From Vicinamibacterales bacterium (GTDB taxonomy: Bacteria > Acidobacteriota > Vicinamibacteria > Vicinamibacterales > UBA8438), in NCBI GenBank assembly GCA_965197375.1, contig CBDAMZ010000010.1, positions 384,844 to 448,843 of the forward strand: DNA of 64,000 nucleotides. Direction: 5' to 3'. The notes beneath the pieces are model-generated. The model was not told the DNA's origin, made no database searches, and saw only the letters and a program-made list of their open reading frames with translations. Positions within the stretch are counted from its first letter, which is position 1. Each line of letters begins with the position of its first letter. Shown piece after piece: positions 27,303 to 36,889 of the stretch. The position numbers were made by a program, and so were the translations under genes.

Positions 27303-29717
27303 GTGGCCAAACGCCCCCGTAAGCATCGGCGCACTCCCCTGTTGGATGCGGCCCGTGGCGAGAGCATCAACTTGCTCGCGCAACCCCAGGGCCACGACGA
27401 GGTCGTAACTCTCCACGAAGCGGCACAATCCCGGTATCTCAACTACGCACTTTCGGTCATCACGGCGCGCGCGCTCCCAGACGTTCGCGATGGGCTGAAA
27501 CCGGTGCAGCGCCGCATCCTCTACACCATGTGGCAAGAGCGACTAACAGCCGCGGCGAAACACCGGAAATGCGCCAAGGTCGTCGGCGACGTCATGGGTA
27601 GCTACCATCCCCATGGTGACGCCGCTATCTACGACACGCTAGTGCGGATGGCACAGCCGTTCTCTCTCCGGTATCCCCTCATTGAAGGATCTGGGAATTT
27701 TGGATCGCTCGACGGCGACAGTGCCGCCGCCATGCGCTACACCGAGTGTCGACTGGCGCGAGTAAGCGCCGAGCTGCTCGCCGAGATTGATCGGCACACC
27801 GTTCACTTCCGCCCAAACTACGACGGCACCCGGCAGGAACCGGTCGTGTTGCCAGCCCGGCTCCCGAATCTGCTGATCAATGGCGCTACTGGCATCGCGG
27901 TCGGCATGGCAACCAACATCCCACCACACAACCTGGCCGAAGTGTCAATGGCTCTCCTGAAGATGCTTGACAACCCGGATCTCAGCAGCGCCCACCTGGC
28001 CAAGTACATTAAGGGCCCGGACTTTCCAACCGGTGGCCAGGTGCTGAACACGCCGGACGAACTCAAACAGATCTATAAGACCGGTTCCGGCACGATCCGC
28101 ACGCGGGCGACCTGGGAGAAGGGGCCGACATCCCGGTCATCCAAGACGATCTACGTCACGAGTGTGCCGTACGCTGTCAATAAGGCCCAAGTCGTGGAGC
28201 GTATCGCGGAGATCGTGCTCGCGCGGAAGCTCCCGCCGCTCATCGACGTCACAGATGTGTCGACCGAGGACGTGCGGATTGCGCTTGAGCTGAAGAACGA
28301 CGCGGACAACGGGATGGTGATGGCGTATCTGTTCAAGCACACCCCACTACAAACCAGCTTCGCGGTCAACCTAACCTGCCTCGTACCGACCGAGCAACCG
28401 GAGGTCGCGCGGCCCGAGCGGCTTGACCTACATCAAATCCTCTGGCACTTCCTGCACTTCCGGCTCAAAGTAATCACTCGCCGACTCGAGTACGAACTGG
28501 CGGCGCTCAAGAAGCAGATCCACGTCCTGGAAGGCTTCGAAAAGGTTTTCGATGCGCTCGACGCGATCATCAAGCTCATTCGAGGCTCCGACGGAAAGGC
28601 CGGCGCAGCCGAGAAGATCATGCGGCGCTTTAAGCTCGATGCCGAGCAGACCGACGCGATCCTCGAACTGAAGATCTACCGGTTAGCTCGTCTCGAGATT
28701 CTGCTCATTCGCGAGGAGCTGGCCGCGAAGCAAAAGCGGGCCCGAGAGATCGGCAAGCTCCTCCGGAACGAAGACCGTCAGTGGAAACTGGTACGCGACG
28801 AGATCGTCGAGGTGCAACACACCTACGCCGGTCAGACAACCGACACCAGACGGACGATTATCCAAACCGCCGAAGATGACGTGGAGTACAGCGCCGACGA
28901 TTTCATCATCGACGAAGACAATATCGTGCTCGCGTCGCACGACGGTTGGATTAAGCGCCAGAAAGAAGTGCGCGATGTCTCGACGACGCGGTTGCGCGAG
29001 GGTGACACACTCTTGGCGGCAATTGCGGGGAGCACGCGGTCAACCGTGGTGTTTTTCACGAACTTCGGTGTCGCCTATAGCTGCCGGTTGATCGATGTCC
29101 CCGCCTCGACCGGGCACGGCGAGCCGATCCAGCGCCTGTTCAAACTGAAGGATGGGGAGCGTGTGGTAGCGGTTCTCAGCCTCGACCCGCGCGTCACGCC
29201 AGACATCTCGGCCACCACCAGGCAGCTAGAGCCACGGACGCATGCCGTAGCGGTCAGCAGCGACGGCTACAGTCTGCGCTTCAGCCTCGAGGCGCTCGCT
29301 GAGCCGAGCACCCGCGCCGGTCGTCGGTTTGCCAGGCCGGGCCAAAGCGCGGAGATCGTCAGCGTGGCGGCCGTCACCGGCTCGGAGATCATCATCGCGG
29401 CCACGCGCCAGGCCCGTGCGATGTTGTGCCAGGTCGGGGAGATTAACTTCCTCTCCGGCCCCGGCAAGGGCGTCCTGCTCATCAAACTAAAAAAAGGGGA
29501 GGACTACGTCCTCGGCTTCGTCATCTCGCGCGGCGATCGTGAGTTACTGACGGTGGAGACCAGTCGTGGAGCCACCCAGACGATCAGCACGGCGAAATAC
29601 GAGGTGGTCGGCCGCGGGGGCAAAGGCCGCGAGCTTCTCCAGCGCGGCCAGTTCACGCGCGTTGTCCCCCCCATCCGTCAACATCCCAGCGCTGAGCGCA
29701 GAAACCCCGTAGGGTAG
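27303..29717 (+). CDS. DNA gyrase/topoisomerase IV subunit A (ParC-like)
   Basis: [56 protein letters not shown] and [10 protein letters not shown] (active-site Tyr block) are present. No GyrA-box (QRRGGKG) follows the first C-terminal-domain blade motif (GWIKRQKEV..), which favours topo IV over gyrase. Confidence 0.9.
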   Translation: MAKRPRKHRRTPLLDAARGESINLLAQPQGHDEVVTLHEAAQSRYLNYALSVITARALPDVRDGLKPVQRRILYTMWQERLTAAAKHRKCAKVVGDVMGSYHPHGDAAIYDTLVRMAQPFSLRYPLIEGSGNFGSLDGDSAAAMRYTECRLARVSAELLAEIDRHTVHFRPNYDGTRQEPVVLPARLPNLLINGATGIAVGMATNIPPHNLAEVSMALLKMLDNPDLSSAHLAKYIKGPDFPTGGQVLNTPDELKQIYKTGSGTIRTRATWEKGPTSRSSKTIYVTSVPYAVNKAQVVERIAEIVLARKLPPLIDVTDVSTEDVRIALELKNDADNGMVMAYLFKHTPLQTSFAVNLTCLVPTEQPEVARPERLDLHQILWHFLHFRLKVITRRLEYELAALKKQIHVLEGFEKVFDALDAIIKLIRGSDGKAGAAEKIMRRFKLDAEQTDAILELKIYRLARLEILLIREELAAKQKRAREIGKLLRNEDRQWKLVRDEIVEVQHTYAGQTTDTRRTIIQTAEDDVEYSADDFIIDEDNIVLASHDGWIKRQKEVRDVSTTRLREGDTLLAAIAGSTRSTVVFFTNFGVAYSCRLIDVPASTGHGEPIQRLFKLKDGERVVAVLSLDPRVTPDISATTRQLEPRTHAVAVSSDGYSLRFSLEALAEPSTRAGRRFARPGQSAEIVSVAAVTGSEIIIAATRQARAMLCQVGEINFLSGPGKGVLLIKLKKGEDYVLGFVISRGDRELLTVETSRGATQTISTAKYEVVGRGGKGRELLQRGQFTRVVPPIRQHPSAERRNPVG

Positions 29718-29760
29718 GATCCGCAGGGGGCTTGGGCACGCCGTGTGCGTGGGGTTGCGC

Positions 29761-30036
29761 CTACTTCGTCTTAAACCCCGCTGCCTGAAGCGCGGTTCGG
29801 GCCTCCTCGAGAAGCCGCAGTGCCTCGTCCGGAACGCGCGCACCGGCCGTCAGTTTGCGGTGCAGCCCGTACATACGAAAGCGGATCGCCTCCACATGGA
29901 ATGCGTCGACGGCACGTGCCAGCGCGTCGCACTCGGCGATCGAGTGGGCGAAACCCGCCGCGTCCGGCTGCGATTCGAGAAAGCGTCGTAACGCCTGCAG
30001 CCGATCTGCTGCCGCAACCCTCTGTTCAGACGACAA
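29761..30036 (-). CDS. hypothetical small helical protein (91 aa)
   Basis: TTG start preceded by GGAG at 8 nt. Third-position GC is high across the ORF, consistent with real coding in this genome. I recognise no family. It lies antisense between the two topoisomerase subunit genes. Confidence 0.45.
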   Translation of the reverse strand: MSSEQRVAAADRLQALRRFLESQPDAAGFAHSIAECDALARAVDAFHVEAIRFRMYGLHRKLTAGARVPDEALRLLEEARTALQAAGFKTK

Positions 30037-30201
30037 CGTGCTCGCTCCGGTTCATGCCTTCCTATACGGCCCCGCATTACAGTCCGTGGCGAGAACACCC
30101 GTGCTACACTGGACTTGGTTTCATGAGCTGCTAGAGGGGGAGCCCGGTCCTGCTAGGCGGGCCGCACCCCGGCCCCAGTTATGGAACCGGGGCTCATATC
30201 C

Positions 30202-30255
30202 CTTTCAGCGTTCCCGCCCCTGATGGTCTGGGTCCCAGACGGGTCGCGCTGAAAG
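30202..30255 (+). promoter_or_regulatory. structured leader upstream of the ParE-like gene (9-bp perfect stem enclosing a 15-nt palindrome)
   Basis: ctttcagcg (30202-30210) is the exact reverse complement of cgctgaaag (30247-30255). Inside lies gtctgggtcccagac (30226-30240), a perfect odd palindrome. The 3' arm ends 9 nt before the ATG at 30265 and covers the only purine-rich SD-like stretch (gaaag). Confidence 0.4.
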
Positions 30256-30264
30256 ACCGAAGCA

Positions 30265-32178
30265 ATGGCCAGCTCTTACACCGCCAAAGACATCACCGTA
30301 CTTGAAGGCCTCGAGCCGGTCCGTAAGCACCCCGGCATGTACATCGGTGGTGTCGGTACCGCGGGCCTCCATCGCCTCATCTGGGAAATCCTCGACAACG
30401 CCGTCGACGAAGCGATGAACGGTTACGCTTCCAATATTGAAGTAACCCTGCACAGCGACGGTTCGTCCCTCACGATCGCCGATGACGGACGCGGAGTCCC
30501 GGTCGACAAACACCCGAAGAGCCGGAAGAGCGCGCTCGAAGTGATCTACACCACGCTGCACGCGGGCGGGAAATTCGAGCACCACGCCTATCGCACGGCC
30601 GGCGGGCTCCACGGGGTCGGAGCTAGCGTAGTGACCGCGCTCTCGAAGGAACTCGTGGCAACCTCGAAGCGAGACGGATTCCACTGGCAACAGACGTTCA
30701 AACAGGGAAAACCAGTGGGCAAGCTCAAAAAAATCGGCCGCGCCCGCGGATCAGGGACGACTGTCTTCTTCCGCCCCGACCCGAAGATCTTTCCCACAAC
30801 CGAGTTCGACACCGAGCTGATCCGCGAGCGGCTGGAGATCACCAGCTATTTACATAAGGGTGTTCGGGTCGCCTTCACAGACAAGATCCACAAGCAACAA
30901 GGGACTTTTCAGCACACCGCGGGGCTCGTCGACTACCTCGACCACATTGTGTCCAAGCGTGGGGTTAAACCGGTACACGACGCCACGTTTACGCTGGCAA
31001 AGGACCACGACGAGACCGGGTCAAAGATCGAGCTCGTCCTCCGCTGGACGGAATCGACCGACGAGCACCTGCGCAGCTACGTCAATGGTATCCCGACCAG
31101 CTCGGGCGGCACCCACGAGAACGGCGCGCGGGCTGGACTAGGCAAGGCTATTCGCAACTTCATCGAGACCCACGGCTTAACGCCAAAAGGGGTCGCACTA
31201 GCGGCCGACGATATTCGCGAAGGCCTCACCGGCGTATTAAGTGTGTTTATCCGCGAACCGCAATTCCATGGCCAGACGAAGGATCGGCTAAACAACCCAG
31301 AGATGACCTCGGCACTCGATTCGACGGTGCGCCCAGCGCTGGAGCACTGGCTCAACCACAACATCAGCGCCGCCGAGGCGATCGTGGCCAGGATTATCCT
31401 GGCCGCCCGGGCGCGCGAGGCGAGCCGCGCGGCCGAGCAGCAGGTGTCCCGCAAGAGCGCGACGTCAAACCGGCTCAATCTCCCAGGCAAGCTGAGCGAC
31501 TGCACTGGCGTCGGCGACAGCGAGTTGTTCATTGTCGAGGGAGATTCAGCCGGCGGCTCGGCCAAGCAGGGGCGAGACCGGCGCCGGCAGGCCATCCTAC
31601 CCCTGCGGGGTAAGGTGCTCAACGTCGAGAACGCCACCCTGTTGAAGGTGCTGGAGAACAAAGAGCTGTCCGATGTGATCACAGCGCTCGGGTGCGGCCT
31701 AGGCAAGAACTTTGACATCAGTGCGCTTCGCTATAACCGGATCATTATCCTGGCTGACGCCGATTCAGACGGCAACCACATCGCGACGCTCCTGCTGACC
31801 TTCTTTTATCGCTTCCTTCCCCAGCTCATCATCCACGGGAAGGTGTTCTTCGCACAGCCCCCGCTCTACCGCGTAGATGTCGGCAAGGAGACGTTCTGGG
31901 CGCTCGACGACGAGCACCGCGACCGGATCCTTTCGCACGCCAAGACGAACGACCGCGGCACCGCAGAAATCACACGGTTCAAGGGCCTGGGTGAGATGAT
32001 GCCGAAAATCTTGTGGGAGACGACACTTAACCCGGAGACACGACGCCTGCTGCGCGTGGAGATCAGCGACCAGATCCTGACCGACCGGGTAATCACCGAC
32101 CTGATGGGTAAGGATGCCTCGGCGCGGTTCCGCTTCATCATGGATCGCGCTGAAGATGCCATGGCGTTGGACGTCTAA
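30265..32178 (+). CDS. DNA gyrase/topoisomerase IV subunit B (ParE-like, 637 aa)
   Basis: LEGLEPVRKHPGMYIGG, EILDNAVDEA, GGLHGVGASVV, EGDSAGGSAKQGRDRRRQAILPLRGKVLNVE, IIILADADSDGNHI and KGLGEM are the GHKL and TOPRIM blocks of type IIA B subunits. Confidence 0.92.
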   Translation: MASSYTAKDITVLEGLEPVRKHPGMYIGGVGTAGLHRLIWEILDNAVDEAMNGYASNIEVTLHSDGSSLTIADDGRGVPVDKHPKSRKSALEVIYTTLHAGGKFEHHAYRTAGGLHGVGASVVTALSKELVATSKRDGFHWQQTFKQGKPVGKLKKIGRARGSGTTVFFRPDPKIFPTTEFDTELIRERLEITSYLHKGVRVAFTDKIHKQQGTFQHTAGLVDYLDHIVSKRGVKPVHDATFTLAKDHDETGSKIELVLRWTESTDEHLRSYVNGIPTSSGGTHENGARAGLGKAIRNFIETHGLTPKGVALAADDIREGLTGVLSVFIREPQFHGQTKDRLNNPEMTSALDSTVRPALEHWLNHNISAAEAIVARIILAARAREASRAAEQQVSRKSATSNRLNLPGKLSDCTGVGDSELFIVEGDSAGGSAKQGRDRRRQAILPLRGKVLNVENATLLKVLENKELSDVITALGCGLGKNFDISALRYNRIIILADADSDGNHIATLLLTFFYRFLPQLIIHGKVFFAQPPLYRVDVGKETFWALDDEHRDRILSHAKTNDRGTAEITRFKGLGEMMPKILWETTLNPETRRLLRVEISDQILTDRVITDLMGKDASARFRFIMDRAEDAMALDV

Positions 32179-32383
32179 CCACCAACCAACATTGATAACA
32201 TGGTAGCGTCTTGCTTCTTGTCGCGGCCAGCTCGACGGCCGCCCTCGCATATTTGAACCCGCTTATAAAGTGTCAAGCACCGACCTCGGCAAGATACATC
32301 GGCGGTCGAATGTGGCCGTACTTGTTGAGATAGAACCCTGAAAACCATCCGGCTTCGGTGTGAGGCACGGCAGCCGAGAGATA

Positions 32384-33523
32384 ATGCTGTTCGATTTCCA
32401 ACTGCGGACACGATTAGTCTTTGGTGCCGGCACCATCCGACGACTGGGGCCGGTGGCCCGCGAGCTTGAATTCAAACGCCCGCTTCTGGTTGGCTCCAGA
32501 GGACTCGTGACCGTTGGCCACGCGCAACGAGCCGAGCGCGAGCTCAAGCTGGCTGGCATCACGGCGATCCCGTTCCATGACTTCGACATCAACCCGGACA
32601 CAGCGACGATCGAACGTGCCCGGGATTTCGCCGCGCCGCTCAGGATCGACTCGATCATCGGCTTGGGCGGCGGCAGCTCTATGGACTGCGCCAAAGGCAT
32701 CAACTTTCTGCTAACCAACGGTGGCACAATAGCCGACTACCGTGGGTACGGGAAAACCACGAAACCTATGCTGCCGATGATTGCCGTTCCAACCACCGCT
32801 GGTACCGGGTCGGAGGGCCAGAGCTACGCGGTCATCTCGGATTCGACGACTCACGAGAAAATGGCATGCGGGGATCCACAAGCGGCCTTCCGCATTGCCA
32901 TTCTCGACCCGGAGCTGACACTGTCACAGCCGCCCTTTGTTACCGCCGCCGCCGGCTTCGATGCAATCGCGCACGCGGTCGAGGCTTCGGTCACGACCCG
33001 TCGCAATCCGGCTTCCGACTGCTTCTGGCGGGAAGCCTGGCGCTTGCTCAGCGCCAACTGTCCCCGCGTGACGACCCATCCGGACCAGCTCGAGGCACGC
33101 GAGGCGATGCACTTGGGATCTTTCTACGCAGGCGTCGCCATCGAGCAATCGATGCTCGGCGCAGCACATGCGTGCGCCAACCCGTTGACAGCGCGTTACG
33201 GTACGATCCATGGCGTCGCGCTAGCGATCTTGTTGCCCCACATCGTGCGATGGAACTCGGGTAATGAGCCACAGCGGTATCTTCCCCTCCTCCTGGCACT
33301 GGACCACGTGCCCTCAAACGGCCAGGCGGGTGATCACCTCGCCGAGTGGCTCTCGGACCTAGCGGCCGCGACTGGTCTACCGACGACGCTCCGCGAGGCC
33401 GGCGTAGAGAAGGCCGATCTGCCGCAGCTCGCCGAGGACGCGGCGCAACAGTGGACCAGTACCTTTAATCCGCGACCGTTCGGCGCCACCGGCGCGTTGG
33501 AGGTGTACACATGCGCGTATTAG
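32384..33523 (+). CDS. iron-containing (group III) alcohol dehydrogenase family oxidoreductase
   Basis: GLGGGSSMDCAKG, IAVPTTAGTGSE and GFDAIAHAVEA are Fe-ADH blocks. The ATG at 32384 is preferred over the GTG at 32360. Confidence 0.85.
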   Translation: MLFDFQLRTRLVFGAGTIRRLGPVARELEFKRPLLVGSRGLVTVGHAQRAERELKLAGITAIPFHDFDINPDTATIERARDFAAPLRIDSIIGLGGGSSMDCAKGINFLLTNGGTIADYRGYGKTTKPMLPMIAVPTTAGTGSEGQSYAVISDSTTHEKMACGDPQAAFRIAILDPELTLSQPPFVTAAAGFDAIAHAVEASVTTRRNPASDCFWREAWRLLSANCPRVTTHPDQLEAREAMHLGSFYAGVAIEQSMLGAAHACANPLTARYGTIHGVALAILLPHIVRWNSGNEPQRYLPLLLALDHVPSNGQAGDHLAEWLSDLAAATGLPTTLREAGVEKADLPQLAEDAAQQWTSTFNPRPFGATGALEVYTCAY

Positions 33524-34674
33524 TGTCATTAGGTAAATGGAAGTGGAAAACGAGCTTGCTTGCCACCCTGCTGGTTTCGGCGGGCTGGACGAGCGTCGCG
33601 GCCGGCCAGACAAGCAGCGACCTAGCCTCAGCCGACGCGTGGACGCAGTTTCGCGGCACGCCCTCGTTGACCGGCGCCTCGTCGACAACGCTCCCCAACA
33701 CGCTCAAACTCCTGTGGACCTTCGAGGCGGGCGAATCGATCGACTCGTCGGCCGCCATCGCGGACGGCACCGTCTACGTTGGCACGTACGCGGGCGAGCT
33801 GTTGGCCCTCGACCTAGCCACCGGCACGCTCAAGTGGAGATACCAGGCGAGCGAAACCATGGGCATCGGCGAATCCTCACCTTCCGTGGGACATGGCCTT
33901 GTCTACATTGGAGATTTGGCCGGCGTGCTCCACGCCGTGGACGTCGATACCGGCCAGGCCGTATGGACGTTTGAGACAGAGGGCGAGATTAAGTCGTCGC
34001 CCGTTGTCACGGGGGACCACGTCCTGGTTGGATCATACGATGGGCGCCTTTACGGGCTGGCGGCCGCGACGGGCAAGCTTCGCTGGAAACTGGAAACGCA
34101 CAACTACGTGCACGCGACGCCAGCCATCTCCGACGGCATTGCATACTTTGGCGGCTGTGATGAAATGTTCCGCGGCGTACGGATCTCCGACGGCGTGGAA
34201 GTCGTCAGCCTGTCGGCCGGCGCCTACACGGCGGCCTCACCCGCCATCAGCGGCGGTCGAGCCTACTTCGGGACCTTCAACAACGAAGTCCTTGGGATCG
34301 ACCTCGCCTCGCAGGACGTTCTCTGGCGGTACGAACACCAGCAGCGGCACTTTCCGTTCTACTCATCAGCCCTGAACGTCGGCGGGAAGGTCATCATCGG
34401 CGGGCGCGATCGGATGGTGCACGCGCTCGACGAACAAACAGGTGAGGCCCTGTGGACATTTGTGACGCACGCACGGGTAGACGCATCGGCTGGCGCCGCC
34501 GATGGGCGTGTGTACGTTGGCTCCGGTGACGGACGATTCTACGTGTTGGATCTCGAGACCGGCGAGAAGCTCTGGGAGTTCGACACCGGCGCGCCACTCT
34601 CGGCTTCGCCCGCAATCGCCGACGGTAAGGTGGTGATCGGTTCGCAGGACGGCGTGCTCTATTGCTTTGGGTAG
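33511..34674 (+). CDS. exported PQQ-like (BamB-like) beta-propeller repeat protein
   Basis: The start overlaps the ADH stop by 13 nt. Signal peptide ..LLATLLVSAGWTSVAAGQ. Eight blade-like units are visible (VYVGTYAGELLALDLATGTLKW, VYIGDLAGVLHAVDVDTGQAVW, VVIGSQDGVLYCF and others). Confidence 0.75.
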   Translation: MRVLVSLGKWKWKTSLLATLLVSAGWTSVAAGQTSSDLASADAWTQFRGTPSLTGASSTTLPNTLKLLWTFEAGESIDSSAAIADGTVYVGTYAGELLALDLATGTLKWRYQASETMGIGESSPSVGHGLVYIGDLAGVLHAVDVDTGQAVWTFETEGEIKSSPVVTGDHVLVGSYDGRLYGLAAATGKLRWKLETHNYVHATPAISDGIAYFGGCDEMFRGVRISDGVEVVSLSAGAYTAASPAISGGRAYFGTFNNEVLGIDLASQDVLWRYEHQQRHFPFYSSALNVGGKVIIGGRDRMVHALDEQTGEALWTFVTHARVDASAGAADGRVYVGSGDGRFYVLDLETGEKLWEFDTGAPLSASPAIADGKVVIGSQDGVLYCFG

Positions 34675-34735
34675 AAACGCTAGTGTCATATAGCGGCCCT
34701 AGCACGCGTGTCCGCAACACGTTATAGTTGACGGG

Positions 34736-36073
34736 GTGAGTGAGAGCACGCGGGCCAAGACGTTTAGCACAAACGAAACGGAAGTCGGAAGCTACTTCGT
34801 CGCTAACTACCCCCCGTTCTCCGTCTGGACGACCGAGGCGGTCGAGCGTGTTGCACGCCCCGCGCTTCAGTCGAAGCCGGCCGACACCCCGCTCGGCCTT
34901 TATCTACACATCCCGTTCTGCCGCAAGCGCTGCCATTTTTGCTACTACCGGGTCTACACGGATAAGAACGCGGGCGAAGTCCAATCATATCTCGACGTCG
35001 TGGGACGCGAGTGGGAGCTGTACTCCGAGCAACTAGCCATCGCCGAACGACCGCTCGACTTCGTCTACTTCGGCGGCGGCACCCCGTCGTTCCTTTCGGT
35101 GCGACAACTCGAAGGGCTCGTCAACCGCCTCTCTGGCGTCAAGTCCTGGTCTTCCGCAGAGGAAATCACCTTCGAGTGCGAGCCGGGCACCCTAACCGAG
35201 CCGAAGCTCTCGGCCATCCGCCGGCTGGGCGTAACGCGACTGAGTCTCGGTATCGAGAATTTTGACGATCGCATTCTGGAGATCAACGGGCGGGCGCACC
35301 GCTCGTCCGAGGTTTTCCGCGCTTATAATTTCGCTCGGTCCGTCGAGTTCCCGCAGATTAACATTGACTTGATCGCCGGCATGCTCGGCGAGACTGACGA
35401 GAACTGGAAGGCGTGCATCGATCGGACGCTAGAGCTGGCACCAGACAGCGTGACGATCTACCAAATGGAACTACCGTACAACACAACGATCAGCAGCGAC
35501 ATCCTAACCGGCACCGGGCATTTCACCGAAGCAGTGGCTTCCTGGTCGAGTAAACGGCGGTGGGTTGATGAGGCTTTCGCAACACTCGAGGACGCCGGCT
35601 ATACCGTCGGCAGTGCCTACACCGCGGTTCGGGACCCATCCCGTACCAGGTTTGTTTACCGCGACCGGCTTTGGCAGGGCGCTGATCTTGCGGGCCTCGG
35701 CGTCGCGTCGTTCGGTCACATCAACGGCGTCCACGTGCAGAACCTCGACGCCTCAGGTCCCTACACAGCCGCGGTCAAGAACGGCCGCCTGCCGCTCAAC
35801 CGCGCGTACCAGCCAACCGATGAGGAACGTCTTATCCGGGAGTTTGTGCTGCAGTTAAAACTTGGCTCGATCCAACCGCCCTACTTCCAGGCGAAGTACA
35901 GTGTTGACGTACGCGCGCGGTTCCGCGAACCGCTCGAATCGCTGAGCGGCGACGGCTATCTGATCGAGGCGAGCGACGAGGTGGTGAGACTCTCGCGCCA
36001 AGGACTCCTGCGGGTCGACCGCCTGCTCCCGAGGTTCTTCCTACCCGAGCACACAGGCATCCGTTACACTTAG
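34736..36073 (+). CDS. radical SAM protein, HemN/coproporphyrinogen dehydrogenase-like family
   Basis: LYLHIPFCRKRCHFCYY is the CxxxCxxC cluster motif. FGGGTPS, RLSLGIENFDD and NIDLIAGMLGET are HemN-family blocks. A HemW-like C-terminal domain follows. Confidence 0.85.
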   Translation: MSESTRAKTFSTNETEVGSYFVANYPPFSVWTTEAVERVARPALQSKPADTPLGLYLHIPFCRKRCHFCYYRVYTDKNAGEVQSYLDVVGREWELYSEQLAIAERPLDFVYFGGGTPSFLSVRQLEGLVNRLSGVKSWSSAEEITFECEPGTLTEPKLSAIRRLGVTRLSLGIENFDDRILEINGRAHRSSEVFRAYNFARSVEFPQINIDLIAGMLGETDENWKACIDRTLELAPDSVTIYQMELPYNTTISSDILTGTGHFTEAVASWSSKRRWVDEAFATLEDAGYTVGSAYTAVRDPSRTRFVYRDRLWQGADLAGLGVASFGHINGVHVQNLDASGPYTAAVKNGRLPLNRAYQPTDEERLIREFVLQLKLGSIQPPYFQAKYSVDVRARFREPLESLSGDGYLIEASDEVVRLSRQGLLRVDRLLPRFFLPEHTGIRYT

Positions 36074-36289
36074 CTGGTTTGGTCGGATCCGTAACTGGCT
36101 GGTCCGCAACTCCTCGATCTATGCAAGGTGGTGCGGACACTGAACCAATAGAAATAGGGTGGTCATTTCCTGGGCGGTCGCACGGAACTTGAATTGGTGA
36201 TGATCGAAAAACCCGAGCAACGACTGGCTGGGTCTAGAGCCCGGCCCGAGTATCACGACTCACGCGAGGGCCGGGGCTAGCGGCCGCGC

Positions 36290-36889
36290 ATGGCGAAGCG
36301 CGGTCGACCAACGCGAGCCCGAACTACTCTCCGGCGTGCCACCGCTCGTCCGAGCGCAAGCGGGATCCTCTACCCGCTCGATCTCGTGTATGCCAGGGCC
36401 GGCGTGGTGGTGCCCCAGGTTAAGGTCGTCCCCCCGAACAAGATTCCGCTGCCGTACCGCTCGCTGCTGGCACATAGTAACGACATGACGCTGACGCTCG
36501 AGCGTCATTTTGGCGAACGTGTAGTGCTCCGCCCACTGTCGACGTTCACAAGCGGCGGATCGTATTTCCGCCGCGTCCTGCTGGTACAGGAGTATTCGGG
36601 ACGACCGGTCGAGATGGGCGCGATCCGAATGAAGCTGGATATGTTCAACGCGCGTTTGCGGAAGAAAATCCTAAAAAACGAAACCCCGCTTGGCCGCATC
36701 CTACGAGACGGCCACTTTCAGTATGCTAGTCACGCCACGGCGTTTCTTGCCATCACGCCGAACCCGGAAATGATGGGCGTCTTTTGGATGCGTGAATCGC
36801 GAACCCTCTATGGGCGCCGAACCGAGATCACATGCCACGGCACCAAGATCGGCGACATCGTCGAGGTGCTGCCGATGGTATCCCGATAA
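36290..36889 (+). CDS. chorismate lyase-like (UbiC/DUF98 fold) protein
   Basis: By-eye alignment to E. coli UbiC: [17 protein letters not shown] vs [36 protein letters not shown] vs [35 protein letters not shown] vs [34 protein letters not shown] vs [23 protein letters not shown]. Confidence 0.7.
   Translation: [199 protein letters not shown]

Noticed and set aside
29610-29627. GRGGKG near the C-terminus of the A subunit, resembling a GyrA-box.
   Set aside because: The genuine GyrA-box lies in the first blade of the C-terminal domain, just after the ..GY(I/W)KR.. motif. Here that position (after GWIKRQKEV) lacks it, and this motif sits about 35 residues from the C-terminus.
30205-30690. 161-aa - strand ORF overlapping the 5' end of the ParE-like gene and its leader.
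   Set aside because: It is antisense to near-invariant GHKL ATPase blocks and has no family similarity.
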